Origin: Tubulanus polymorphus
Lineage: Eukaryota; Animalia; Nemertea
Assembly: GCF_964204645.1 (NCBI RefSeq)
Contig: NC_134025.1
Span: forward strand, 17,335,101 to 17,399,100
Direction of reading: 5' to 3'
Length of the DNA stretch: 64,000 nt
Shown here: in pieces, positions 1 through 12,597 of the stretch
How positions within the stretch are numbered: position 1 is the stretch's first letter
Layout: every line of letters starts with the position of its first letter
The notes under the pieces: generated by a model
Database searches by the model: none
The model's input: the letters and a program-made list of their open reading frames with translations, nothing else
Told to the model about the DNA's origin: nothing
Translations under genes and position numbers: made by a program

Positions 1-779
1 GAATAATACTTAAGTTTTCCCATCCTGGTCATACACTTCTCTTTAATCCTCTGGATTTGTTTTCTTGTATAAATTCTAAAAGAACACTGATAACTTAAAA
101 TAATTTAAATTTAAGCATGGAATTCAAGTTTTTGTGGGTTAATCTCTTATCTTGTGCACAACGAAGCTAGAGTATGCTAACAAATGACAAATATGTTAAG
201 AAATGACTATTTTGTGGATTTACTTATTATCTCATGAGTTGTGTGCTGCTATTTTGCTTTAAACACCGTCTAAATATAATGTTTCAACTTGGAAATTAGT
301 TCTGACACTTTCTAATGTCAACAGTGACTTAGGTATCCTCGGAATATACATACTCGCGAATGCAACAGGACTTTAAAGCTGACTTTTTCATTGCATTCTT
401 AGTGCTAGATTGGAAAAGTTGTGCTCTTTATTCACTCTTGCCTGTTAGTAACAAGCAGCTGGGGTCCAGCGAAGCAGCGATGCTCAGTGTTTTCTAGCTC
501 GGAGTATGGCTACTTACAGCTGTCAGTATCATTTAAATCGTTGTTGATACTGGCTCTGAGAATGAAATACCGCGATCATAACCACTGGGATAGACTTACT
601 TTTACTACTATAGTCAGATGAACTTGATTCAATGCCGCCTTTGTTGTCAGAATTAGGTCTATTGACTAGTTCAAACATATATATGGTTGGATAATATTAT
701 CCACCGGTGTGAACTTCAAATCACTGAACCTTTTGGTCTTTTATTAAGAACGTTTATAATGACAATCTAAGATGTATAA

Positions 780-1019
780 TGAATGGTACTCTACGGTTGT
801 TTAGCACCAATCACGTCATAATCCACGCCATCTTCCGGTGAAAATTGGGAACTTACACAGCTATTTTTAGCAGAAAATCTGAGGCTTGAAGACAAGATTT
901 AAAACCATTTTTTCAAATGACATACTTATTTTTCACACACGAAATTTATATTTTGAACATATACCTAACACATGATAAAGAAACTATGGGCAGTCAGGAT
1001 GATGGCATGTGCTCTTTAA
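780..1019. mobile_element. Possible right end of a non-autonomous Kolobok-like DNA transposon
   Basis: CCAATCACGTCA and GCCATCTTCCGG motifs followed by a terminus ...ATGTGCTCT|TTAA; matching left end not found. Confidence 0.25.
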
Positions 1020-1841
1020 AGATTCTATTTCTTGATCTGTTGCATCTAATAATCCTTCCGGTGAAAGTTTTTCAGTTTGAACTTCCATTGATTTAAGTTT
1101 ACTGGTTTTTGAATTAACAAATTCTTTAGGAATTGTTTCTGGTTCTAAATTATTATTGATTATTTCAAATAAGTCTTCAATTCTTTGTTTAAATACTCTT
1201 TAATTTTGGTTTATTTCTGTGTCCGTAACATTTTCTATTTCATTACAATTACTTATTCTTTTAATTCTAGGTAGTTCTAATTTTTTCAAAGTTTATTCTG
1301 CTAATATCTTATTTTGATTTTTATAAGATATTAATATAATAATCATCTTTGCAAACGATAATAATATTCGCCATCTAAAAATGTCAATTCTCTTACTAAA
1401 TGTCTAGTACCTCTATCATTTATATTATATCCAGAATTCCTTAAAACAGGCTCTTATTTATACATAGATTAATTATACTCTAATTTAAAAAATCAAAAAA
1501 ATCTGGATTTTCATTTTCAACATCTATTCTAGATTTGGCTCTTCTATCAAACTCCCCTGTTGATGGTCCTTTAGAACCACTATCTGCTAAATTAGAATTA
1601 TATGCTGTTTCGTTATCATTACTAAAACTTGTGTCAGTAAAATCAGGTGGTTGTTCATCAGTTATACCAGGTTCATTGAAAGTATTCATTCCAATTTCTT
1701 CACCACCTTCTACATCCATTTATATATACAAATTTTATACATTTTAAATTAATGTTCCACCAATTACAATTCCAATATAAGTTATAGCTAATTTAGTATT
1801 TTCATATGATTTATTATTATTATTATTACTTTTCCATTATT

Positions 1842-2278
1842 TCACGCTTTAAATGTTCCGAATTCTTTAACATTCTTCAATGGTAAAAAATTTACAATAC
1901 TAGAATTACAAAATGTACTTTTATTTGCTTCAAATGTTTTTGTAGGATCTATTAAATTGCAATAAATATAAAAATGCGTAAAAGGTATCAAATTTGGTGT
2001 AGTATCAACATTACCTATCCTTACATCTAGGTTTATTCCTAGAGTTTTAGCTTAAGGTTTTTTAACTAAAAATGATGTTGTTCATCATTACCTAGCTTTA
2101 TTCTTATCCTATCAGAGCTATCACTTTTAATGATTCTTAATCCAAATCTAGCAGATGCACCCATTTTTGACCGAGCTCTTCTATTAATTTCTTGAGATAA
2201 TGTATCTAAATTATTTAACCCCGGTTTTAAAAATAGATGTAACCATTTATTTTTATTTCTATCATGAATCATAAACAA
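1842..2278 (-). pseudogene. Polinton-type minor capsid (penton)-like C-terminal fragment
   Basis: Manual translation AKTLGINLD...PNLIPFTHFYIYCNLIDP...SIVNFLPL resembles the LAxxLG...YIYCDII motif of Polinton pentons; disrupted by stop/frameshift near 2055-2068. Confidence 0.5.
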
Positions 2279-2479
2279 TCTATGTCCAAAAATTTTATCC
2301 CATACATTATAAAAAGAGTTACATAAACTATCACTTACTAATTTTAAATCAATACAATTTTTAAATTCTCTATCTAATTATACTTCTAAATTATGAGATT
2401 TATGATTTGTAACAAATCAACAGAATCAACAAATAGTCTATATTCTTTCAATCTATCTTGCATTTATTTCAAATATTTT

Positions 2480-2821
2480 TCATTCAAAATCTATATCACG
2501 GTGTCCTTTTTCATTCTTACCTTTATACATGAAATAGAAATCACCAGAACATAATTCTTCAATGTCTTTACTAGATAATCTATGAAATCTATCTGGTAAA
2601 TAGGTTCTGAATTTACATTTATTTCCTTTTAATCCTTCATATTCAAAATGTATACCTAATTTATCCCATTAGTAATTGTTGTAATATTTGATAATCAAAT
2701 ATTTCTTATGAATTTTTAATACTGTTAACTTTTTAAATTTATAATCTACTGATTTTACAATTGTAGTATCTTTAATCCTTTTAATAAAGTTTATATTGTT
2801 TTGTGATTGTTTACTCTCCAT
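2480..2821 (-). pseudogene. Small Polinton/virus-like ORF with one internal stop
   Basis: MESKQSQNN...RTYLPDRFHRLSSKDIEELCSGDFYFMYKGK; one in-frame TAA; YLPxRF...YxG pattern recalled from small Polinton-associated proteins. Confidence 0.35.
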
Positions 2822-2894
2822 TTTAATATATCATTTTTTATCAAAATCAAAATTATTATATTTAAATAAATATGCATATGTAAAATATTAAAGA

Positions 2895-3033
2895 AATAGG
2901 GAATACGTTATTTCAGGTTGAAAGGTTGAGAGAATAAAATATAAAAAATAAATTCAAGCTTGCAAGAATTCATTTATTATTTTTTATGAGATCGTCCTTT
3001 CAACCTTTGATCTAAAACAACTTATTCCCTATT
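2895..3033. repeat. Imperfect inverted repeat (small MITE-like)
   Basis: AATAGGGAATA...AAAGGTTGA pairs with TCAACCTTT...TATTCCCTATT. Confidence 0.5.
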
Positions 3034-3839
3034 ACTCACGCAGTACGTTTTCTCACAATACATACTACTACTGGCAGCTATAAATAGCCTACGCGTACAA
3101 ATGAGGTCACGTCACTCAGTTGCACTGCTATCGTAGAAAGATCGATAATTGAAACAGAAGGAAATTATTACACTTTTTAAATGTCAGTAATAGGAGCTAA
3201 ACGTAAAACAAAATAATATTGTCTGGTCTGCGGCGCTTTTATGGCCATCGGTACCGACAAACTTTCGAATAAACACTACCCCCCTCACATTTTCTAATAT
3301 TTTTAGGCTTTTCAGACAAATGACATCGGACTTGAAAAATCCGGAAAACTTTCCTCCCTACTTTTTTGTCTTCTGAACTTGAAAAACAAGAAGAAAGACC
3401 TTCATCTCTGATGTCGGTTCTAGTCAGTTCCAGGCGGCTCCGGTTGGTTTTCAATAGGTGCCGTTGATTACAATGGATACTTTGACAGGTTACATACACA
3501 ATCGATTTCCAGACATCTTTATAATAGCTCTCTCATTCCTCAGAGCTAAAACAGCATGATTGGCCACAAATAACAAAATCAAGATTTTATCAATTTTCCA
3601 CGTAAACAGGTGTGTAAGATTTGAAAATTTTCGAAATGAGATTTCTTCACTATCATTTACCTGAAGAGTTTTGGACCAGTTAACTACACAAGGGCATAGT
3701 TTCCCATTGGACTGGCAGGGGATCCAGTAAACAAATGCTACATACATCATTACCATCAACAGGCCAAACTTACATGCTCTGACCTACTTCAATAACAACA
3801 TTTACTCAAGGTCAAAGTATACTTATACACAACATAATC

Positions 3840-3855
3840 TTTATTCTTGTTTATT
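3840..3855 (-). promoter_or_regulatory. Candidate Rab21 polyadenylation signals
   Basis: Two AATAAA hexamers on the minus strand about 260 nt past the stop codon. Confidence 0.35.
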
Positions 3856-4110
3856 TAATTTCAATATTATATAATAACTAATTCTAAAAATGTCCTGAAC
3901 ATCCTCTGTCCAATCTGAGACTTTAGCGAGCACTGTTAAGTACGGACATCCAATCATTATTAGGTATTATATGATTTTTTACTTAACTGCCCAATTATTT
4001 AATCATCCAGAAGTCCACCAATAACATTTACATCACCCGATTCGTATATGAATCAGGAGTGGACCTGGTTTTTTAAACATCACAGTCAAGCTATTATTTG
4101 AATGAAGTAT

Positions 4111-4238
4111 CTAGCAACATCCCGCATCACTTCGCTGATTTCCATCAACATCATTAATTACTTGAACACTCCTTCGATTATTGCGTACTGATGGACAACC
4201 TTGCTGCAGGTCCTCATTTCCAGCCTGATCCATCATAG
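4111..4238 (-). CDS. RAB21: Rab21 last coding exon (hypervariable tail, CC prenylation motif)
   Basis: tttag acceptor; (S)MMDQAGNEDLQQGCPSVRNNRRSVQVINDVDGNQRSDAGCC*; phase matches the previous exon. Confidence 0.9.
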
Positions 4239-4359
4239 CTAAATGAAAATAAGATATACTATTTGGACTGGAATTTTTATTTTGTCAACTGGTGTAGAAA
4301 CTTGCACCATTAGCGTTAACATGCCCAATTTTAATGCGCAGAACAATTAAAATACTTAC

Positions 4360-4448
4360 ATTTACTCAAATTTAAAAACAAATCTTCTATTCCTTTATTC
4401 ATTTTGGCAGATGTGTGGAAATGTTGTGCACCGACAGATTCAGCATAC
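4360..4448 (-). CDS. RAB21: Rab21 exon (G5 motif TSAK), 89 bp
   Basis: ag|G TAT...; YAESVGAQHFHTSAKMNKGIEDLFLNLSK; |gtaagt donor. Confidence 0.95.
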
Positions 4449-4871
4449 CTAAAATGGAGATTAAGATACAAATATTTTACAGTGGTTACTTTGTTTGAAA
4501 CACCACTTTTTATTATTTCAATGATCGAACTCGAATTTTGCATTATCCTCGGTAGCACACGTATATCCCCTGGACATCCCCAAAATAATCTCCCAAATCC
4601 AGGTTTGACATAAACTTTGTCTTTCATGAAAATAGCCATGCAGTTATTAAGTGCCTCATCAGATTTTCGAGAGGAAAATGGATTCATAAGATACAATTGT
4701 TCTTTATGAAATAGATTTTATAGTAAAAAGCTTATATGTACAATCAATTCTCATTTCATTAGGGTTTCTGCTGCTTCACAGAAACGACTTTGCTTTACCA
4801 TACGGAAAGGTACTTTACTTTCTCTCTGTTTATAATTGTTCGGTGAAAAGAGAGCATTGACATCACACGAC

Positions 4872-5403
4872 GTAGGGAGGATTGGACTGAAGATCAGCGT
4901 CCCAAAAGACTAAGCTGAGAAGGCAGAACACAGCAAACTACAATTCAATTGCTGTCTATGATAAACCAATCGAGGAGGTGAACGACTTAGTGTACCTCGG
5001 CAGCAAAATATCCTTGAAAGGTGACTGATATTATCCGATGTAGATGCACACATTATCAAGCTTAGTGAGCGATTTGAGATTTTCTGGTCAATTTGAAAGC
5101 CAAGAAGCTCATTTGGATAATTAAGAACAAGATATACAAATGCAATGAGTGTCCTGTCATTAAGTGCGCAAATCATGGAAGATTACCAAGAGGAAAACTA
5201 AGAAACTGGACGCATTCCAAGCAAGGTGTCCCGCCAATGACAATAAGTAACTAAGATCTACTGAGAGACTCACAGCTGAAGCCCAGATCAACTGGTAGGG
5301 GACGGAGATGGCGTTGTTTGTGCTTTGTATGCCTGCAAACACATTACCAATAGGAGCACTCACATGGACACCAGAGGGGAGACGGAATAGAGGCAGACCG
5401 ACG
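4872..5403 (+). mobile_element. RTE-clade LINE 3' RT remnant
   Basis: Frameshifted motifs GLKIS..KTK, EVNDLVYLGSKIS, LTWTPEGRRNRGRP. Confidence 0.75.
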
Positions 5404-5404
5404 T

Positions 5405-5653
5405 ATGTGGCATTTTGACAGATTCACAGTGAGTCGGTTTAGAGACAATATCATTTCGAAACGTGCACGTTTAAAAGACTCCGGATTATCAATTCCTGAA
5501 GATCTGTGCCCGGAGATAGGAAAACTTGTTAATAGAGCAATTAACTCGGGGATCTACGACAAAGTCTGGACCATGAATGGTAAGGTATTTGGTAGTAGTC
5601 GACAAGATGGTAAGAAAAAACGTATCGATCTCTACGAACCACTGCCCAATTAA
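5405..5653 (+). pseudogene. LINE ORF1 C-terminal fragment
   Basis: SIPEDL...KVWTMNGKVF pattern typical of CR1/L2 ORF1. Confidence 0.7.
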
Positions 5654-6425
5654 ACAATGAACTCAAATTACTGACTGTTATAACTATGCCTGATATATAA
5701 ATTGAACTATTGTGTACTACTCCATAGCGAACTTCAATATAATCAGACGGTCAACTGGACTCATATTTAGGAAAAAAAAAAAAAATTATGTAACAGTTTT
5801 GCAGTATATCCATCATTCTGACTCAAACCTTTCAAAACCTTATGTACCGTATATCAATTTTACAGTATATATCCACAGGTTACTCAGCAGTCTTCAACTG
5901 TCCATTATAAAATATAGAATATTCAACCAACTTTAAACTGTACATTATTAACTAGTATATTTGAGTGTATATAATGCTGAGTGTCAATAAGGATTTGAAT
6001 TTTCTTAAATGTATCGCATATAAACAAATGTTTAATTACAGCAACGTGTGTGAAATTCTAAATTTCCTCATTGCATTATTAACTGACAAATTTAATCCTA
6101 TTTTGTATCCAATATCCAATATATATTTATCAATGCCCCTACCTTAAAATTAGATTAGATTTTTTTCAGGTTGATCTAATAGCCTAATGCAACAACAACT
6201 GGCCTCTTATTTCCGCCAATTGTTGACACCGGTCTAACCGGACCATCACATGACATTATTGATAATATATCACTATGAAAGTTTTTTTCTGTATTTACAT
6301 ACAGGTTTATCGAATATTTTCTATGTATCATATCTACGTTTTTACAATACTTTTCATTTTAACTCATCTCATCACTCACTTATATCCGCTGGTTGAACTA
6401 ATATTAAAGTTCATCATTTTCAGAT

Positions 6426-9400
6426 ATGTGTTTAGGAAACTTTGAACCAAAAGCACGCAATACACAAAATTATGTCAGTCTCCATTTAAATGACCTAACA
6501 GATGAGCAGTTATTTCAAAATAATGATTCTCCATACAGTGAAATACAAAATGTGAAGCAAGTTGATAACAATAGTTTGAATATCCTACAATACAATATAC
6601 ATAGCGTTCCAAGCAAACTTAATGAGCTAAAAACTTTGATACATAAATCTAAAATGGCTAATATTGATATACATTTACTTCTCTGTGAAACCTTCATTAA
6701 AAAAGAGAATCTACCCCTATGTCATTTACCAGGATATGAACTTATAGAAAAACACAGAGACACTCGTAGTCGAGGAGGTGTTGCAATTTATCTAAATAAA
6801 AAACTCTCATTCAAACCTAGAGATGACCTAGGTATTTTTAAAGAGGGTAAACTTGAAACCTGTTTTGTCGAAATCTTATCGAAATCAGGTAAAGTCAGTG
6901 AAAATCTTATAGCGATGAGTTATACCGTGTCCCTGGTACAAACGAACTAGACTTTTTCCAGGATTATGAAACTATTTTGAATAAAGTGAAACTAGAAAGA
7001 AAGAATGTCATATTAGGTATGGACCAGAACTTAGATTATTTAAAACTAAATATTCATAAAAATATAGCCAACTTCCTTGATATCAATATTTCTAATGATT
7101 TACTGCCAACAATATTTTGACCCACTAGAATCACCCATAAAACAGCAACCCTCATTGATAACATCTACTTAAGCTCTAAATTACATAATAATTATAAATC
7201 TAATATAATCACTACATATTTATCAGATCATCTTCCTTGTTTTGTTTCCATTGTTAATCAAAATTCAAATACCAAAAATGTACCCAAATTGTCAAGAAAT
7301 TTAAATAAAGCTAATATTGAATTAATTTTAAACAGGAACTATTCAATGTGGATTGGACCACAACATCAAATATGACGTGTGATGACAGTTATGACTTAAT
7401 AGTGAAAAAAAAAATTCAAGCATCATTGAATCACTATGCTCCGCTTGAAAATGTGAAAAAACGACAATCTACACCTGTGGAACCCTCGATGTCATCTGGT
7501 TTACTAAAGTGTTCTAGGAAATGTGATAATTTGTTTAAGAAAACTTTAGATCTTCCTAAAACCAACCCCAAATATATAAATTTTATAAATTACAGAAATA
7601 ATTTTAATTACATTAAGAGAATTAGCAAAACAGAATTTTTATGCAAATAAGATACTTAACTTCAAAAACGATAGTAGAAAATTGTGGAGTTTCATGAAAC
7701 ATTCTATTGGTAAGTTGAATAATAAATCTTCCTTCGTTGAATGTATAAAATCTCAAGGCAATAATATATCAGATCCGAAATCAGTCAGTGACAATTTTTC
7801 AACATTTTTCAGTAAAATTGGAGAAGAATATGCTAACAAAATACCAAATTCAAATAAACCCTTCACCGATTACCTAAAGACTCATAATGATAACAATATA
7901 TTTCTGTATCCAACTGACCCAAATGAAATACTAACTCTGGTCAAATCGCTACCAAACAAAAACAGTTCAGGACACGACGATATAAATAATACCCTGTTAA
8001 AAAATATTATTACTGCCACCAACCAACCATTAGCAAGCATTTTCAATAAATCGTTAATCGGGGAGTGGTGCCTGTAAATATGAAATTAGCTGAAGTTATT
8101 CCAATTTATAAGTCTAAGGATAAATGTCAAACAACCAACTACAGACCAATTTCCCTCCTCCCTGTACTTTCTAAAATCCTAGAAAAGATTGTTTATAATA
8201 GATTATACAAATTTCTTTCAAAACATAAACTACTATATAAAAGTCAATACGGATTCAGATCTAACCACTCATCAAGTCAAGCAATTATGGAATTATCAGG
8301 AAATATTTTAAAGGGATTTGAATGGGGAAATTGTACTATGGGTCTATTTTTAGATCTTTCAAAAGCATTCGATTCTATAGATGTGAACAAACTTTTAGTT
8401 AAACTGGAAAAATATGGTGTAAGGGGGGCCCCACTTAATTGGTTCAATAGTTATCAGACAAATAGACGATTGTACGTAAAAACTAATGAAACAAAATCAA
8501 AAATAGGTCATGTAGCGTATGGAATCCCTCAAGGTTCAATATTAGGCCCTCTGTTATTTCTTGTATATACAAATGACCTTTACCAATCCCTTAAATATTG
8601 TAAATGTATTCTCTTTGCTGATGATACAACTATTTTTATTACAGGCAAAAAATTATTAGATATTCAGGAAAAGTTAAAAAATGATGTTGAAATACTTGTA
8701 GATTGGTTTAGAGCGAACAATTTGACTCTGAATTTAAATAAATCAAATTTCATCATTTTCCATCCGAGGAAATTTTACATTGAATACTCGTAATTTTGAA
8801 CTTAAAGTAAATGATCAAATTATCAAAACAACCAATTTCTGTAAATTTCTTGGTCTCTATATCGATGAAATACTTTCTTGGGATCAACATGCCAAGCATG
8901 TACGGGCAAAAATTAATAGTAATTTATATCTTTTAAGAAATCTGAAAAAGTTTCTGCCCTCATGGAGCAAGAAGCTACTCTATTTTAGTTTCATTCATCC
9001 CTATTTGACCTATGGAATTACATTATGGGGCCCATTACTCTCAAAGAAACAGTCAAAATCAATTTTCAAATTACAGAAAAACGCCATGCGTTACATCGAT
9101 AATGCGTCTTACAATTCTCCATCTACACCTATTTTCAAAAAATATGAAATTCCAAAATTTGATGATATTATCCAAATTGAACTAGCAAAACTTGGTTACA
9201 GCTTCTCAAAACAGCTCCTGCCGGAACCCATTATGAATTTTTTTACAACTCACTCCTCAAATCACAGGTATAATACAAGATCTCGCAATTTCCCTAAAAC
9301 GATCCATCATAAAAGTACAATTTTCAACAGCTCATTCTTAAACAAGATTCCTACCATTTGGCAAAATCTAAATACTAATATCAGGAATTCAAGAACTATC

Positions 9401-9448
9401 AGCTCTTTCACTCGAGGTTTTAAACAACAACTACTGGAAAAATACTAG
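6426..9448 (+). pseudogene. LINE ORF2 (APE endonuclease + reverse transcriptase), several frameshifts
   Basis: LLCET, RGGVAIY, NYRPISLL, QYGFR, LDLSKAFD, GIPQGSILGPLLF, FADD. Confidence 0.93.
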
Positions 9449-9744
9449 AACAATCACGCTTCAACCAGCATAATGCTATACATGTATACCTAATTCATCC
9501 AATTAATTTCCATATCACTCCATCCATTCACCAATCCATCCATATCTTATCATCATTATGATATCATCTTATCATAAAGGTATGGCCCTCGCATTTGCGA
9601 TACAGCCTTGAGGCTTTGGGTCAGTCCTTCATAGAACCATCTCCTACTTAATGTATTAAATTAGTATTTTCATCATGTATTTAATAATTCTTGTCGCTGT
9701 ATTATTGTATATGTTCTATGTAAATAAAATATCAATCAAAAAAA

Positions 9745-11536
9745 GGAGTTCATCGTCACCTTTCCCGTCAATAATCAAGTCATCTGAAATGTTCGCGACT
9801 ACGGGACAATCAGCAAGAGCCTGCTTAACGACATGTTGAAAGAGTTCCAGGACTGAACTTATATCTAGCATAAGTCTTTTATAACGGAAAAGATCAAGAC
9901 ATGAGAACATTGTGATACTACACGATTCATCTTCAAGTTCTTACTTGTGAAATCCACTTTTTAGATCAATCTTCCTAAAGACCATTCATGCTCTGAATAA
10001 CCTCGTCAGCCGTCGGAATCGGGTGACGCTCATGTATGACGGCTGTGTTTGCTGCATATCTACACAGACGGTTTCGGCGTGATAACATGTGGTGAGACCC
10101 AGGGTGTCGGTCCTTCCACCTTTTTGATTATGTCTTCCTCAAGGAGCTGAATAAACTTTGTTTCTAATCTGTCACGCAAAGCGAATGGAATTCTGTGAGA
10201 AATCTGCACTACCGGTTTGATATTCTCATCCACATGGATTTTAGCTTGGTAGCCTTTTAGTTTACCGACCCCTCAACAAATTTCAGGATATCGTCTCTCA
10301 ATAACCACAATTGTTATGCGTTTTTCCCTAATTGTATTAACGCCCAATCTGACCTTGAGAACTCCCAGTTTCTCAGCAGTAGATTTTCCAATCAGCAATT
10401 TACCTCTACCACTAATAACAAGGAACACAGAACGGTCGACAACTGTGAGGGTTGTGACGAACTTATCGACTGTAGATAACGGTTCTACTGAGCCGTATGG
10501 GTAGTTTTTTTTATACCTGCACAACAGTGCAGCAGATTTTCTGCATTTTCAAATAATTTGATGTATAGGACAGAGTCAATCACATTAAACCCGAGTCAAC
10601 CAACGCTCCTATAACTAAACTGCCTAATTTTAAATCGATTACACCATCGCGCATCTCGGGACACAACGAAAACAAGTCCTCTCCAACTGTGAATGGATAT
10701 TCGGCCTCCTCATCGGAATCTCTCGCCACTGCGTTTGTTTGATTTCTGTGTCTCCGCTACCAGAAAACTTACTCTTATAGCACTTTGTGAAATGACCCAC
10801 TTATCTTTTGACATATGTCCCTGTTTCCCGCAACGGTAACACGGTAATATCTGACTTCCCGCCAGAGTGATAATTTTTACTGTAAAAATTCGCCTTCGGT
10901 TTCCTCCTATCGACCTGGATAACTTCATCCATCTGCCTAGACTATTTATCGACAGCTTCCATAGCTCTGGCTAGACCTAAAACAGTATTCAAATTGAGAG
11001 CTTCGCCTTTTTGAAGAAGTTTCTTTCATAGCTGCGAGGACCTACATGATTCAACGACATGATCTGTTCCTTCCAATCGGCAAACTCACAGTTTTTCGAC
11101 TGATTTCGTAACCTGGCAATGAGCTGGTCTACCGTTTCCGAACCCTCCTGTGTCAGGGAACGAGGGTTACAAACATCTCGAGTACATTCATTCTGGCAGA
11201 GTGGAGTAACAGGGCTCTGTTCAGGTCCATGTCCCCTATACCCTTTCCTTCGACGTAATACAGAAACACCGTTTCCATCTGGGTCCAACGCTCGTAGCAT
11301 CCCCAGCACAGTCCAATTTTACCATTGGAATGACATCCGTTTTGCAAATATTATTACACATTAATAATGTGTCAAGGAAAGTCTATACCAAATTTAGCTT
11401 ATCCTCGTCACCATTTGTGACGTCCAACTGATTAAAAACATGAAAAATAGAGTTAGACAAACAACAAGATCTCTCTTTATTCAGCAACGTAACTACATCT
11501 GGCCTACACTAGGCTACATAAACAACCTAAATAACA
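9745..11536 (-). mobile_element. Degenerate Gypsy (Mag-like) LTR retrotransposon, 5' half
   Basis: Gag remnants (RNQSKNCEF, CYRCGKQGH knuckle); RT remnants (ERHPIPTADEV, KIDLKSGFH, NISDDLII); PBS TGGTGACGAGGAT at 11401-11413. Confidence 0.85.
11416..11536 (-). repeat. Short (~121 bp) 5' LTR of the Gypsy element
   Basis: TGTT...CACA termini, internal AATAAA, 2 nt upstream of a tRNA-Ser(GCT)-like PBS. Confidence 0.65.
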
Positions 11537-12183
11537 CTAATTCAATGACGTAAGACACTACATCTTCTTTGAATATCAAACAAGAAAAGAATCTATCAAA
11601 AATGGACTCGATTTTGGTCTGTGACTTTTTAAGAGCAAATGCAATCAAAATAGAATATTGTGTAAAATTCATTTTCAAATGTGATGTATTCACAAATATC
11701 AAATATGGAACTGGTTTGAATTTTAGTTCAGCCATTACTGAGAAATACGACTTTTAAATCGGCAATTTTAGCACGTGTTCACTGTTGTTGTATATGTTAG
11801 CAGGTGCGCGTTTCTGACATAATCTCTGACAAATGCTTGCGGCTGCCAGTCATTTCACAGACATTTCAATGCAGTATTTTATCGTTCTGGGAGTGATTTG
11901 AATATATAAACTCTTACATTGTATAGTGTTGCTACTGTTGTATATGATATGAATATCGCATATAAGTAAGTAGTGCTGTAGTTCTGCGAATATAGTGATC
12001 AAATGATGTTTATTTTATCGATTATACATAGGCTACACGAACTAGCTCACACGTGCTTGTGTTGCTTGTCATAGATAACATCATAAATAGCGCCACCATA
12101 GGTAGTATGTGAACTATACGCACAAAGTGAAGGAAAAATAAATGATTAATTTACTGCTAATTAGAGTTACGTTTTATTGATCA

Positions 12184-12236
12184 GACACATCTTAGTTGTT
12201 ATATAACTAATTGTTATATAACAACTGAGATGTGTC
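12184..12236. repeat. 53-bp near-perfect palindrome
   Basis: GACACATCTtAGTTGTTATATAAC-taatt-GTTATATAACAACTgAGATGTGTC. Confidence 0.85.
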
Positions 12237-12597
12237 TTAGATGTGTCAGTATAGTGTGGCAGGGTTTCGTACTAAAACTGAACAAGAATATCGCTGAGGA
12301 CCACTCATTCCCACATCAGATGAATGCCTTAGTGTAAAATACACCCTGAGCGTATGTCGACCAGTTTATGAAAGCAGGAAATGAGAAATACAAAACAGCT
12401 TCTGGTGACCTTGACCTTTGACCTACAGGAACCCCCGCAGTCATTCACCGCCTCGAGGGTAATCCATCAATAAAATTTCACTAAGTAATCATAAACAGTT
12501 TATAAATTAAGAGCCCAGAAATCTAAAGTAGGGATCCAGGGACACCATGCCCACTTGGGAAGTGGTTTCAAATGCTCAACAATCTAACAATTTCAAT

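Larger units (their letters stand above)
1020..2821 (-). mobile_element. Degenerate Polinton/Maverick-like (endogenous virus) segment
   Basis: Very AT-rich, closely packed, intronless minus-strand ORF remnants, including a penton-like motif and an acidic N-terminal ORF (1480-1719, MDVEGGEEIGM...). Confidence 0.45.
5404..9744 (+). mobile_element. 5'-truncated L2/Crack-like (CR1 group) LINE
   Basis: ORF1 C-terminus, APE endonuclease and RT, 3' UTR with AATAAA and a (CAAT)n/A tail. Confidence 0.9.

Noticed and set aside
4331-4696. 121-aa ORF as a standalone gene
   Set aside because: Only 4360-4448 is coding (a Rab21 exon); the rest is intron read-through
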